Notes: generated by a model not told the origin, from the letters alone. Positions 41,806-50,678 are shown, counted from the whole stretch's first letter. The stretch is 63,063 nucleotides of DNA, filler included, from 3 parts of 3 records of this genome joined end to end with filler, not necessarily neighbours in it; one strand, 5' to 3'. Translations and numbers: made by a program.

Positions 41806-44148
41806 ATGATTATAAAAAAAAAAGAAATCAGAAAAGCTAAAATAAGTACGTATGTGACTATTCTAGCTTTTATTATATTCATTTTACAAGCTTGCAAAAC
41901 AGATAAAAAGGAAAGCCCCATACAAGAGGAAAAGGATTATACCGCAATGGTCTATCCACATTTAGACACCAAAAATTCGAGGTGGTTTTATTTCTCTTCT
42001 GCCAGCCGCCCTTTTGGTATGGTCAATTTGAGTCCAGACACGCAAATTGGAGGTGCCTGGGGAAGCGGTTACCGCTACGATACAGACACCATTAAAGGCT
42101 TTAGTCATATTCACGCCTGGCAATTATCGGGAATTTCGGTTATGCCCGTTTCGTTTACAAAGGAGAACAAGCAAAAACTGTATACAGATTTTTATTCTGA
42201 ATTTAGTCATGAAACTGAAGCCATCTCCCCTGGATTTCATAAACTTTCACTTTCCAGATATGCTATAGATGTACGGTTGACCAGTACAACGCGAGTGGGT
42301 TTTTCAGAATTCAGTTTCAACTCCAATCAACATAAAGGAGTGCTTTTTAATCTCAACACCATATTGGGCCCTAGCACCAATACCGATGGAATTATAACGC
42401 AAATTGATGCAAAAACGTTAAAAGGTTCTGTGGTGGCGACTCCTACACAAAGAAGGCCAAAACCAATAAAAATTCATTTTTACGTCAATTTTGACCAGAC
42501 TATAGAAGCTCTAGAACAAGATCCTGAGACCAAAAATGCACTGCTTATATTTCCTGATGAGACCAAAACCTTGAAAATGAAAGTTGGGATTTCATACACC
42601 TCTGCTGAAAATGCCAAAAGGAATCTCGAAGCAGAATTACCTGAATGGAGTTTTGAACAAACCGTCGTAGATGCCCAAAAACAGTGGAACAGGCTCTTGG
42701 GACGCATAGAAGTTACCGGGAATTCTGATAAAGCACAGCGCCGCTTTTACACCGATTTATGGCACGCGCTTCAAGGCCGAAGAATTATAAGCGATTACAA
42801 CGGTCAATATCCAGATCATACCGGGAACACATTCCGAATAGGTCAATTACCTCTGGATGCTAATGATAGACCACGTTTTAATCATTATAATTCAGATTCC
42901 TTTTGGGGTGCACAATGGACCATCAATACACTTTGGGGTTTGGTCTACCCTGAGCTCATGAAAGAATTTACCCTGTCACTAATGGAATATTATAAAGATG
43001 GCGGTCTTGTACCTCGGGGGCCTTCCGGTGGTAATTACACCTATGTTATGACAGGAGCTACTTCTACTCCGTTTATCGTTAGTGCTATTCAAAAAGGGAT
43101 TGTTGATCAAAATATTGATAGAATTTACCAGGCTTTGAAAAAGAATCATATGCCTGACGGAATAATGAGTAAGGCAGGTTATGAGCATAATACCAGTCTT
43201 GGTGGAGGTTTGTCGCATTATTTAGAAAGAGGATTCATTCCGTATCCTTTACCAGAGGGTAATTTTGGATTACATCAAGATGGTCCCGGCCTCACCTTAG
43301 AATACGCTTATCAAGATTGGACCTTGGCGCAACTTGCCAAAAAGTTAAGACTTGATGAAGATGAAGCCTATTTCTTAAAGCGTTCAAGTAATTACAAAAA
43401 TGTTTTTAATCCGGCTCTAGGCTGGATGCAACCCAAAGATAAAGCAGGAAACTGGTTTAAAAATTATGATCCTTATGAAGATGAAGTTGGCTTTGTAGAA
43501 GCAAATGCCACCCAATTCACTTGGTTTGTACCGCAAGATTTAGAGGGTTTAGCAAGACTTATGGGTGGTAATGAACAGGCTGTTAAAAAGCTGAATAAAC
43601 AATTCGAAGAAGCAGAAAAATTAGGTTTTACCTCTGGAGATTCTCACGAAGCAGAATTGCATCCCGAGTTTAACAGAATTCCTATTAACTATGGGAATCA
43701 ACCTTCAATTCAAACCGCTTTTGTTTTTAACCAACTGGGGCGTCCTGATCTTACGCAATATTGGTCACGTAAAGTTGTTGATAGGGTATTTTCTGGCTTG
43801 GATGAAAGCACAGGCTATAATGGTGATGAAGATCAAGGATTGATGGGTAGCTTAGCCGTTTTGATGAAAATTGGATTGTTTCAAATGAATGGTGGCACCG
43901 AAAAAAATCCTGAATATCAACTAGGCAGCCCTATCTTTGATAGTGTTACCATTCACCTAAATTCAACATTCTATCCCGGAGAAACATTTATTATTAAAAC
44001 AGAAAACAATAATCAAGCAAATGTTTACCTAGAAGATCTAAGGCTGAATGGAAATAGCCATTTAAGCACAACCATCAAGCATCAAGAACTTATTTCCGGC
44101 GGAACTTTACAACTAAAAATGTCAAACTCCCCAAAAGTTAAATATTAA
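41806..44148 (+). CDS. Glycoside hydrolase family 92 (alpha-mannosidase-like) lipoprotein
   Basis: PFGMVNLSPDT, TLEYAYQDW, FVEANA.Q (putative acid Glu), YGNQP and GDEDQG (Ca/base Asp pair); lipobox LQAC. Start codon uncertain (41797 or 41806). Confidence 0.88.
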   Translation: MIIKKKEIRKAKISTYVTILAFIIFILQACKTDKKESPIQEEKDYTAMVYPHLDTKNSRWFYFSSASRPFGMVNLSPDTQIGGAWGSGYRYDTDTIKGFSHIHAWQLSGISVMPVSFTKENKQKLYTDFYSEFSHETEAISPGFHKLSLSRYAIDVRLTSTTRVGFSEFSFNSNQHKGVLFNLNTILGPSTNTDGIITQIDAKTLKGSVVATPTQRRPKPIKIHFYVNFDQTIEALEQDPETKNALLIFPDETKTLKMKVGISYTSAENAKRNLEAELPEWSFEQTVVDAQKQWNRLLGRIEVTGNSDKAQRRFYTDLWHALQGRRIISDYNGQYPDHTGNTFRIGQLPLDANDRPRFNHYNSDSFWGAQWTINTLWGLVYPELMKEFTLSLMEYYKDGGLVPRGPSGGNYTYVMTGATSTPFIVSAIQKGIVDQNIDRIYQALKKNHMPDGIMSKAGYEHNTSLGGGLSHYLERGFIPYPLPEGNFGLHQDGPGLTLEYAYQDWTLAQLAKKLRLDEDEAYFLKRSSNYKNVFNPALGWMQPKDKAGNWFKNYDPYEDEVGFVEANATQFTWFVPQDLEGLARLMGGNEQAVKKLNKQFEEAEKLGFTSGDSHEAELHPEFNRIPINYGNQPSIQTAFVFNQLGRPDLTQYWSRKVVDRVFSGLDESTGYNGDEDQGLMGSLAVLMKIGLFQMNGGTEKNPEYQLGSPIFDSVTIHLNSTFYPGETFIIKTENNNQANVYLEDLRLNGNSHLSTTIKHQELISGGTLQLKMSNSPKVKY

Positions 44149-44170
44149 CGGAACATCAATTATCAACAAT

Positions 44171-44210
44171 AAAAAGCCACGTGTTCAGTCAGTTGAACAC
44201 GTGGCTTTTT
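44171..44210. terminator. Bidirectional intrinsic terminator between convergent GH92 and GH2-B
   Basis: Perfect 17-bp inverted repeat AAAAAGCCACGTGTTCA-gtcagt-TGAACACGTGGCTTTTT. Confidence 0.9.
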
Positions 44211-44243
44211 CAGTTTAAATTCTGAAGCTTTAGCAGCTTTTAA

Positions 44244-47099
44244 TTACGGGTTGTCTGACACGTAGGATTTCCAAACGGGGCGTTCTTTTACTTCAAACAA
44301 TTCTGAGATAATATCCCATTCGATGCTTTGATCAGGCTTAAACGCCTCAGAATCCATATACTTAATAATACTGTGTTTAAGTTGCTTGGCTACGATTCTG
44401 TGTTCCAAATCAGATTCTAAATCGATGCTACAAACCACTAGTTTTCCTTTACCTATTTGCGCTTCAAAAAGCATTGCCAGTCTGCGGTTTAGAAACCAAG
44501 TATCTATAGGCTGAACAATAGGCCTAAAGTTGGCAGGCAAATGCTCTAAATTCATCACCTGTTGCCTATTTGAAACCTCCCACCATTGAAGATCACTGTA
44601 GTAATCTGTTGGGAAATCCTTAAAAATAGGATGCTCATCACGTATATAAATTCCGGTGGTATGTGGAGGTCGCATTCTAAACCATGAGGTGTTCCAAAAA
44701 GCAGGTGTAAAATATTGAATTACATCTTTTCCATTTTCAATATTTCCTGAGGCTAAAAGAAGTACCGATTTACCATTCTCTAGAGCCTCTAAAACTTGGT
44801 CATCTGCTTGTTGAGCGATTAGAATTTCTTCTGGTTTCTCAATTTTTATCTGTTGTGGATAAACCCAAATATTCCAACTGTTTTCAAATCCATTTACCCT
44901 CACCTTAACCACAAGTTTTTGAGCCTTAGTGATCGCTTCAAATGATGATGAAATCTTTCCTATGACATTAGCATTACCCACAGGTATTTCTGAAACAGTA
45001 AATGAACCCTCATCATAAGTTACTTGTTCTTCATTTTCTATGCTCCAATGAACAATGGTATCTTGTAGAACATTTCCACTAAAATTAGCGACTTCAATGC
45101 TCGCCTGTAAGACTTCAGTATTTTTGAATGTAAATGCATCAAACCTTACCAGTGGCACTACCCTGTCGTTAAACGCTTTAAACTCTTCAGATGTGATATA
45201 ACCTTTCTCATCCCAAAAGGCGTCCAATACTCCCACGAGCGCTGTCCCTTGACCCGAAAAATCATTTAATCCTAATAATTGATATCCTGCTAAATTAGGT
45301 GTGCGCAATGTGGCCTCGATCTCTTGTTTGTAACACAAGGCTTGTAGTTTACCGGAAGCCATTAAAAATTCATCTGCAAGATCTGCCATCTGATGATCCT
45401 TCAAATCTTCTTTGAAAAGCTCGAAATTCTTAGCTTTTAAAGCACCCTTATATTTAGGAATCTCTTCAAAATTTGGGAAAGCGCACCATTGCCCCATTTC
45501 AAAGGTCACATATGGTCTTTCTTGATTTTCAGTCTTTGTTCTGTAATCAAAAGTTGAATTTGGTTTTTTGTCTTTCCATTCCAGACCACGTGGTGGAGCA
45601 CGTACAATAAAATCACTATTTTCTATAATAGACCAACTTCCTCCAGTTGATGCGCCTGTAAAAACCCGTTGTGAGTCATACTCTCTAAAATGATCAACCC
45701 AATTCTCAAGATAAGGCACATAATTGCCAGACGGTTCGTTTCCATAAGCCATCATCACAAAAGACGGATGATTACCATAAGTATCTATAATGCGTTTGGT
45801 CTCCTTCATTAAATAATCATCCAAAGGCTTCCCATCCCCTAATGTTGTCGAATATTTTGCCCAACTAGGTCCCTCAACTTGTAAATAAATACCGGCTTCA
45901 TCTGCCGCCTCAAAAGCCGCCTCTGGCGGACAATAGGAATGAAAGCGCATATGGTTGAGTCCAAAAGATTTGATTTTTTTATAAATAGCCGCCCATTCCT
46001 CTTTGGAAGTTGGCGGATATCCTGTCAACGGAAACACAGAACACTCGGTAGTACCTCTTAAAAAAACTTGAGTTCCATTGATAGTGAACTTTTTATCATC
46101 TATCGAAAAATCCCGCATTCCAAATGTTATACGTCTAGCATCTAAGCTTTCCTCATTATTTTTTAATGTCGCTTCAAGAATATAGAGCGCTGGATTAAAT
46201 TCACTCCACAACGTGTAATCTTCACCCATTTCAAGTTTGAAATCTGCCAAATCATTTGATGAATTCCATTTAAGCTCTTTATTCTGCAATATTTTACCCG
46301 TGGCTTTATCGAGGATCTTAAACGCTATACTAATGTTGTTTTCCATTCCATTGGCATCAACTGTAATAGCTACTTTATTGTTTTTTACATCCGGTAAAAT
46401 TTTGATAGTATTGAAATAGGCTGAATTTAAAACGTCAAGCTTCATCTGCCCAACAATTCCATTCCAGTTTCCCTGTGTATGATCTGAAATACTATGAGAA
46501 TTAATACCCGGATCAATATCTCGTATCGCATTATCAACTTGTACAGTGAGTCTATGTTCCCCAGAGGATATGTAAGATGCAGGAATTATAAATTTGTGTG
46601 GAACAGAAAGGCTATTATCTGTTCCAATTTCAGTAGAATCTAGCCAAACCTTAGTCTGCCAGTGCGGCCGCTCTAGCACAAGTTCTAAGTTCTTACCGCT
46701 CCAGCTATCAGGTATTGTTATCGTTTTCTGGAACCAAGCTTTTCCTACATATCGTGTATTAGGAGTGAGCCAAAATGGAAACTTGATAGATTCCTTACTT
46801 CTATATTTTTTCATCGCTGGATTAAAATACCACGAGCTGTCGTAGATACTTCCGGTCCATTGCGTTTCTAATGAAGGCTTATTGCCTATATCATAATCAC
46901 GTAATGCTGCAGGTAGATCTATTTTATCTTCAAAATCTTGCAACTGCCACTTTTCTTCCATCCCAACATCTAAAGAATCTAAACGGTAATTCCAGGTTCC
47001 TGCTAAATCTAATTCAGTTTGTTGATGTTCTTTAGTACTACATCCCCAAAAAAGTATAGAGAAGAAGACTAAAGTTAAGACGGTAAAATTTTTTCTCAT
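44244..47099 (-). CDS. Glycoside hydrolase family 2-like lipoprotein (B)
   Basis: Same architecture as GH2-A: YVGKAWFQK, FLRGTTECSVFPLTGYPP, GLNHMRFHSYCPP, YGNEP, TFEMGQ and NDFSGQGTALVG; lipobox FWGC. Confidence 0.82.
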   Translation of the reverse strand: MRKNFTVLTLVFFSILFWGCSTKEHQQTELDLAGTWNYRLDSLDVGMEEKWQLQDFEDKIDLPAALRDYDIGNKPSLETQWTGSIYDSSWYFNPAMKKYRSKESIKFPFWLTPNTRYVGKAWFQKTITIPDSWSGKNLELVLERPHWQTKVWLDSTEIGTDNSLSVPHKFIIPASYISSGEHRLTVQVDNAIRDIDPGINSHSISDHTQGNWNGIVGQMKLDVLNSAYFNTIKILPDVKNNKVAITVDANGMENNISIAFKILDKATGKILQNKELKWNSSNDLADFKLEMGEDYTLWSEFNPALYILEATLKNNEESLDARRITFGMRDFSIDDKKFTINGTQVFLRGTTECSVFPLTGYPPTSKEEWAAIYKKIKSFGLNHMRFHSYCPPEAAFEAADEAGIYLQVEGPSWAKYSTTLGDGKPLDDYLMKETKRIIDTYGNHPSFVMMAYGNEPSGNYVPYLENWVDHFREYDSQRVFTGASTGGSWSIIENSDFIVRAPPRGLEWKDKKPNSTFDYRTKTENQERPYVTFEMGQWCAFPNFEEIPKYKGALKAKNFELFKEDLKDHQMADLADEFLMASGKLQALCYKQEIEATLRTPNLAGYQLLGLNDFSGQGTALVGVLDAFWDEKGYITSEEFKAFNDRVVPLVRFDAFTFKNTEVLQASIEVANFSGNVLQDTIVHWSIENEEQVTYDEGSFTVSEIPVGNANVIGKISSSFEAITKAQKLVVKVRVNGFENSWNIWVYPQQIKIEKPEEILIAQQADDQVLEALENGKSVLLLASGNIENGKDVIQYFTPAFWNTSWFRMRPPHTTGIYIRDEHPIFKDFPTDYYSDLQWWEVSNRQQVMNLEHLPANFRPIVQPIDTWFLNRRLAMLFEAQIGKGKLVVCSIDLESDLEHRIVAKQLKHSIIKYMDSEAFKPDQSIEWDIISELFEVKERPVWKSYVSDNP

Positions 47100-47146
47100 A
47101 ATTAATTAAACTTGGTATGGCATCATTCATATAATGATTATTAACC

Positions 47147-47205
47147 CAAAATTAGTGAATGCGCAAACGATGTAAAATGTAGAAATTTACTGTCTTAATG
47201 GATAA
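47147..47205 (-). promoter_or_regulatory. GH2-B promoter with putative AraC operator
   Basis: TAATTTTG (-7 element, 47154-47147) plus TGTAG/TGGAT repeats starting at 47178 and 47199 (21-bp period). Confidence 0.6.
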
Positions 47206-47406
47206 TCTTACTTTGACTATAAATATTATTTAGAGAATATATCTAGAGTCTTTTTCATAATATTTTTGAAATGCATTATTACTAAAACCATAGTCAGCTT
47301 GCCAAAAGCTAATTAATCAATTTACACAATGACTCTAATTATTAAGAAGCTGAAATAAAAGTAATAGAATATATACCTCATAAAATCTAATTGATGGATG
47401 TTGTTA

Positions 47407-48695
47407 TTAAACAATATGTAAATGCCCGTTGCCATTATTAGTATCTCTACTAGTTGATTTACTTTTCGCCTGCTTTAATTTAGATCTAAGGCTACTCATA
47501 TCTTTACTTATTTTTTGTTCTACAACTCGAACATATTTTTGGGTGGTAGAAATTTTAGTATGACCAAGCATTTTAGAAACCGTTTCAATAGGAACATCGT
47601 TGAGTAATGTCACTGTGGTTGCAAAAGTATGTCTGGCTACGTGGAAAGTGAGATTTTTCTTAATCTTACAGAGTATCGCAATTTCTTTTAAATGCTTATT
47701 GATTTTCTGATCACTGAATACAGGTAGTAACCTATTCGTATGGACGTTATGTGAAACTTTTTGATACTTTTCCAAAATTCGCTTAGCCTGCTCCAATAGA
47801 GGCAATTTTACTGGAGTTTTGGACTTCTGTCGTCGCACCATTATCCAGTCTTCTTTATCGATACCGTTTACGATATCACCAGTTTTCAAGTTTTTAACCT
47901 CTATATAGCATAACCCAGTATAGCAAGAGAAAACAAACACATCGCGAACAATACTCAAACTATCATCAGTAAGGGTTATTGATGAAATAGTTTTAAGCTC
48001 ATTCTCTGTAAGAAACGGACAGTCGAAATCCTCGTATTTCAACTGGTACAATGCAAAAGGGTTAGCTTTTATCCAACGATGCTTTAAAGCTAAGGTGGTG
48101 AATTTCTTTAGGCGTTCCAAGTGTTTCATCCTACCATTATTATTAAGTGGCTGCGCCTTTTTAAGCGTTTTGCAGTCTCTAAGGTAATCTTCAAATTTTA
48201 CAATGAATGTATAATCAATCTGTGGCAGGTAAATATCATCACACTTATATTCAGATTTTACAAATCGTAGCATATATTTCTCTGTAGCAGCATAATTCTT
48301 AGCTGTTCCTGGAGCTAATTTTTTTAAATCATTTTCGGTATGGTATTGAATAAGATCCCTGATTGTAGTTACAGGTCTATCCTTTCCAGTACATCGTAGC
48401 TTAACTGTCTTGGCACTTATTGGAACTCCTTCATTTCGGAGTTCGTTATATGCCTTCTTGATCTCAGAATAGATAGCATCCAATTCGTCATTGATACGTC
48501 GAGCGTCTTTGATGCGTTTTCCAACCCTGCTGGACTTATCGCACCATTTTGTTCTAAAACATTTTGTTTTGTACTTAAATCTACTCTACTGGCACTTCCA
48601 ATGGAGATACGAGCATAGATTGGAAATGTTCCATCTTTTCGAACTGAATTTTTTTTCAGCCAAAAATGAACATTTAAAGTGTGTGAAGTAATCAT
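47407..48695 (-). pseudogene. Tyrosine site-specific integrase (Bacteroidota type: arm-binding + SAM-like + catalytic domains), split by a frameshift near 48547-48550
   Basis: ORF 48417-48695 encodes the arm-binding N-terminus (F.LKK...KDG..PIYARI). ORF 47407-48483 has YTGL, HVARHTFATT, LGH and TTQKY. Adding one A to CAAAATGG fuses them in frame (EQKWCDKSSRVGKRIKDARRINDELDAI). Confidence 0.82.
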
Positions 48696-48793
48696 AACTT
48701 TCGTTTAAATTAAAAAATCTGTTAAACGAAAGCCAAACCGCTCAATAGTCAAACCCGGCTATGATCCTTAAATGTAGTAATTTCTTCCCTAAA

Positions 48794-48843
48794 AAAATAG
48801 GACATAAAATAGGACACCAACGAATATGCCTCCAAATGGACAT
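48794..48843. repeat. Tandem direct repeats, probable integrase arm-type sites
   Basis: AAAATAGGACA at 48794-48804 and 48806-48816, with a degenerate AAATGGACAT at 48834-48843, between the tRNA end and the integrase start. Confidence 0.55.
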
Positions 48844-48878
48844 AAAAAAAACCAGTAAAAATGTATTTTACTGGTTTT
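48844..48878 (-). terminator. Terminator-like hairpin downstream of the tRNA
   Basis: AAAACCAGTAAAA-atgta-TTTTACTGGTTTT with an A8 run on the left. Confidence 0.7.
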
Positions 48879-48922
48879 CATAGAATTAGATATCAAACAA
48901 CATATGTTAAATACCTATTTCG

Positions 48923-48948
48923 TCGGGGTGGCAGGATTCGAACCTGCG
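48923..48948 (-). tRNA. 3' fragment of a tRNA, probably tRNA-Pro (truncated by contig end; could be an att duplicate)
   Basis: Minus strand CGCAGGTTCGAATCCTGCCACCCCGA contains the T-arm GTTCGAATC and acceptor strand CACCCCG + discriminator A, typical of tRNA-Pro. Anticodon not visible; CCA not encoded. Confidence 0.75.
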
Positions 48949-49048
48949 NNNNNNNNNNNNNNNNNNNNNNNNNNNNNNNNNNNNNNNNNNNNTTAATTAA
49001 TTAANNNNNNNNNNNNNNNNNNNNNNNNNNNNNNNNNNNNNNNNNNNN
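48949..49048. other. Artificial contig linker
   Basis: 100 nt of N with TTAATTAATTAA at 48993-49004. Confidence 0.98.
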
Positions 49049-49573
49049 GCGGGCGCGCACCACGCCGCCAACATCCGGCGATACAACCACCACATTATCA
49101 AGATTGAGACGCGACTTGATGTCGCGCGAAAGGATCGGCAGAGCGTAAAGATTGTCGGTCGGGATATCGAAAAAGCCCTGGATCTGTCCCGCATGGAGAT
49201 CAAGTGTCATCACTCTGTTGGCGCCGGCCTGGGTAATGAGGTTGGCAACCAGCTTGGCCGAGATCGGCGTGCGCGGTCCCGGTTTTCGATCCTGGCGGGC
49301 ATAGCCAAAATAGGGAAGAACTGCCGTGATCCTCCGGGCCGAAGACCGGCGGAAGGCGTCAATCATGATCAGCAGTTCCATCAGGTGATCATTGGTCGGA
49401 AACGACGTCGACTGGACGACAAACACGTCCTCGCCACGTACGTTCTCCTGAATCTCTACAAAAATTTCCTGATCGGCAAAGCGCCTTACACTGGCCTTGC
49501 CCAACGGGACGTTAAGGTAGTTACAAATCGCTTCGGCAAGTTGTCGGTTCGAATTGCCCGCGAATACTTTCAT
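49049..49573 (-). CDS. prs: Ribose-phosphate pyrophosphokinase, N-terminal part (truncated by contig end)
   Basis: [34 protein letters not shown] and [13 protein letters not shown] motifs. Confidence 0.96.
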
Positions 49574-49707
49574 ATCAGATCGCCCGGTTCCGTCATTATG
49601 CTTGCCTTTTAACCGCTCTCGTGACGATTGCAAGATGCGGGGGGCATGTGAAACCTATATCTTCGGGCATTTTCCACCATGCAGTGCGAATTACTCTCTT
49701 TTATGTC

Positions 49708-50595
49708 TTAGTTTTGTGTGTCGATCCAGTTAATCAGTGTCGAAATGGAGTTCTGCCCGACCGTGGTCATCATCGTCGAGGTAACCGATTCCCAAGGGTC
49801 GGACGCGCCTGCAACTGCCGGTCCGGCTTCGCTTCCCTGAATGCGATGAAGTCGGTTGCCTTCTGTGCCGATTACATCCCAGACATAAACAACCTGCACC
49901 TCGTTATCCTGCGTGACAGCAGAGAAATATCCTTTCAGGCTCAGGCTTGCCGTGTCGTCATCCATCCGCGTGATTGTGAGGCCGGATGCACGGGCGCTTT
50001 GTCCAAGCCGTTCGGAAAGCGGTTGAAGTTTTTCGGACGGTGCGCCGATCAGGGGCAAAAAGCGGATCGTGTCATAGGCTGTAGCCGTGTCCGTTGTTAT
50101 GCTGGCCGTCTGGGGTGCCGGCGTGGCTTGTGTCGTCGCAGATGCGGTGGCGGTTGGGTTCGGCTGCGCGGCGGCGGGCGCTGGTTGTGCCGGTGCGACA
50201 GGCTGCGCCGTGTTGGCAGCGGCAACGGCAGGCTGAGATGTCGTTGCAGTTTGCTGTGTCGGAACGGTTTGTGCAGGTTGCGGATTGAGGCCGGATACCT
50301 GGGCCCCGAATGTGCTGGGCGGGCGCCCGCGGCCCGGCGTTGCTTCGAGTGTGGTTGTGCCTTCATTTGCCGTCTGGCTTGCGTTACCCGAAGGTGGCGG
50401 CGAAAGGTTTTGCCGCTCAACCGTTCCCTGCTGGGCTGCTGCAAGTGTGGATGCAGGTGTTTGCGAAGCCGGAGGTACAGAAGCCGCGCTATCGCCAACC
50501 GGCGCTGGCGGTGTGTCGTTCACCGTCAGGACATCGCTGGTTGAGCAGGCGGAAAGCAATCCCGCCGACAGCATAATGATCGCCAGCTTCGACAC
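49708..50595 (-). CDS. Hypothetical lipoprotein with long Pro/Ala/Gln/Thr-rich linker and C-terminal globular domain
   Basis: GTG 50595 with an AAGGA RBS gives MSKLAIIMLSAGLLSAC (lipobox). C-domain IRFLPLIGAP...LKGYFSA...YVWDV...RLHRIQG...DPW. Confidence 0.75.
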   Translation of the reverse strand: MSKLAIIMLSAGLLSACSTSDVLTVNDTPPAPVGDSAASVPPASQTPASTLAAAQQGTVERQNLSPPPSGNASQTANEGTTTLEATPGRGRPPSTFGAQVSGLNPQPAQTVPTQQTATTSQPAVAAANTAQPVAPAQPAPAAAQPNPTATASATTQATPAPQTASITTDTATAYDTIRFLPLIGAPSEKLQPLSERLGQSARASGLTITRMDDDTASLSLKGYFSAVTQDNEVQVVYVWDVIGTEGNRLHRIQGSEAGPAVAGASDPWESVTSTMMTTVGQNSISTLINWIDTQN

Positions 50596-50678
50596 GTTTC
50601 GGTTTCCTTGATCTTTGAAAATACTGCTATTTTGAGGTTTTGCGATCAGGCATGTCAACGAAACGCGGTCAACGTCGT

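Noticed and set aside
24420-48948. AT-rich block as a horizontally transferred island within a proteobacterial chromosome
   Set aside because: Bounded by artificial linkers, and the flanks belong to two different proteobacterial classes
49621-50544. 307-aa Arg/Cys/Gly-rich plus-strand ORF
   Set aside because: Antisense shadow of the low-complexity lipoprotein gene
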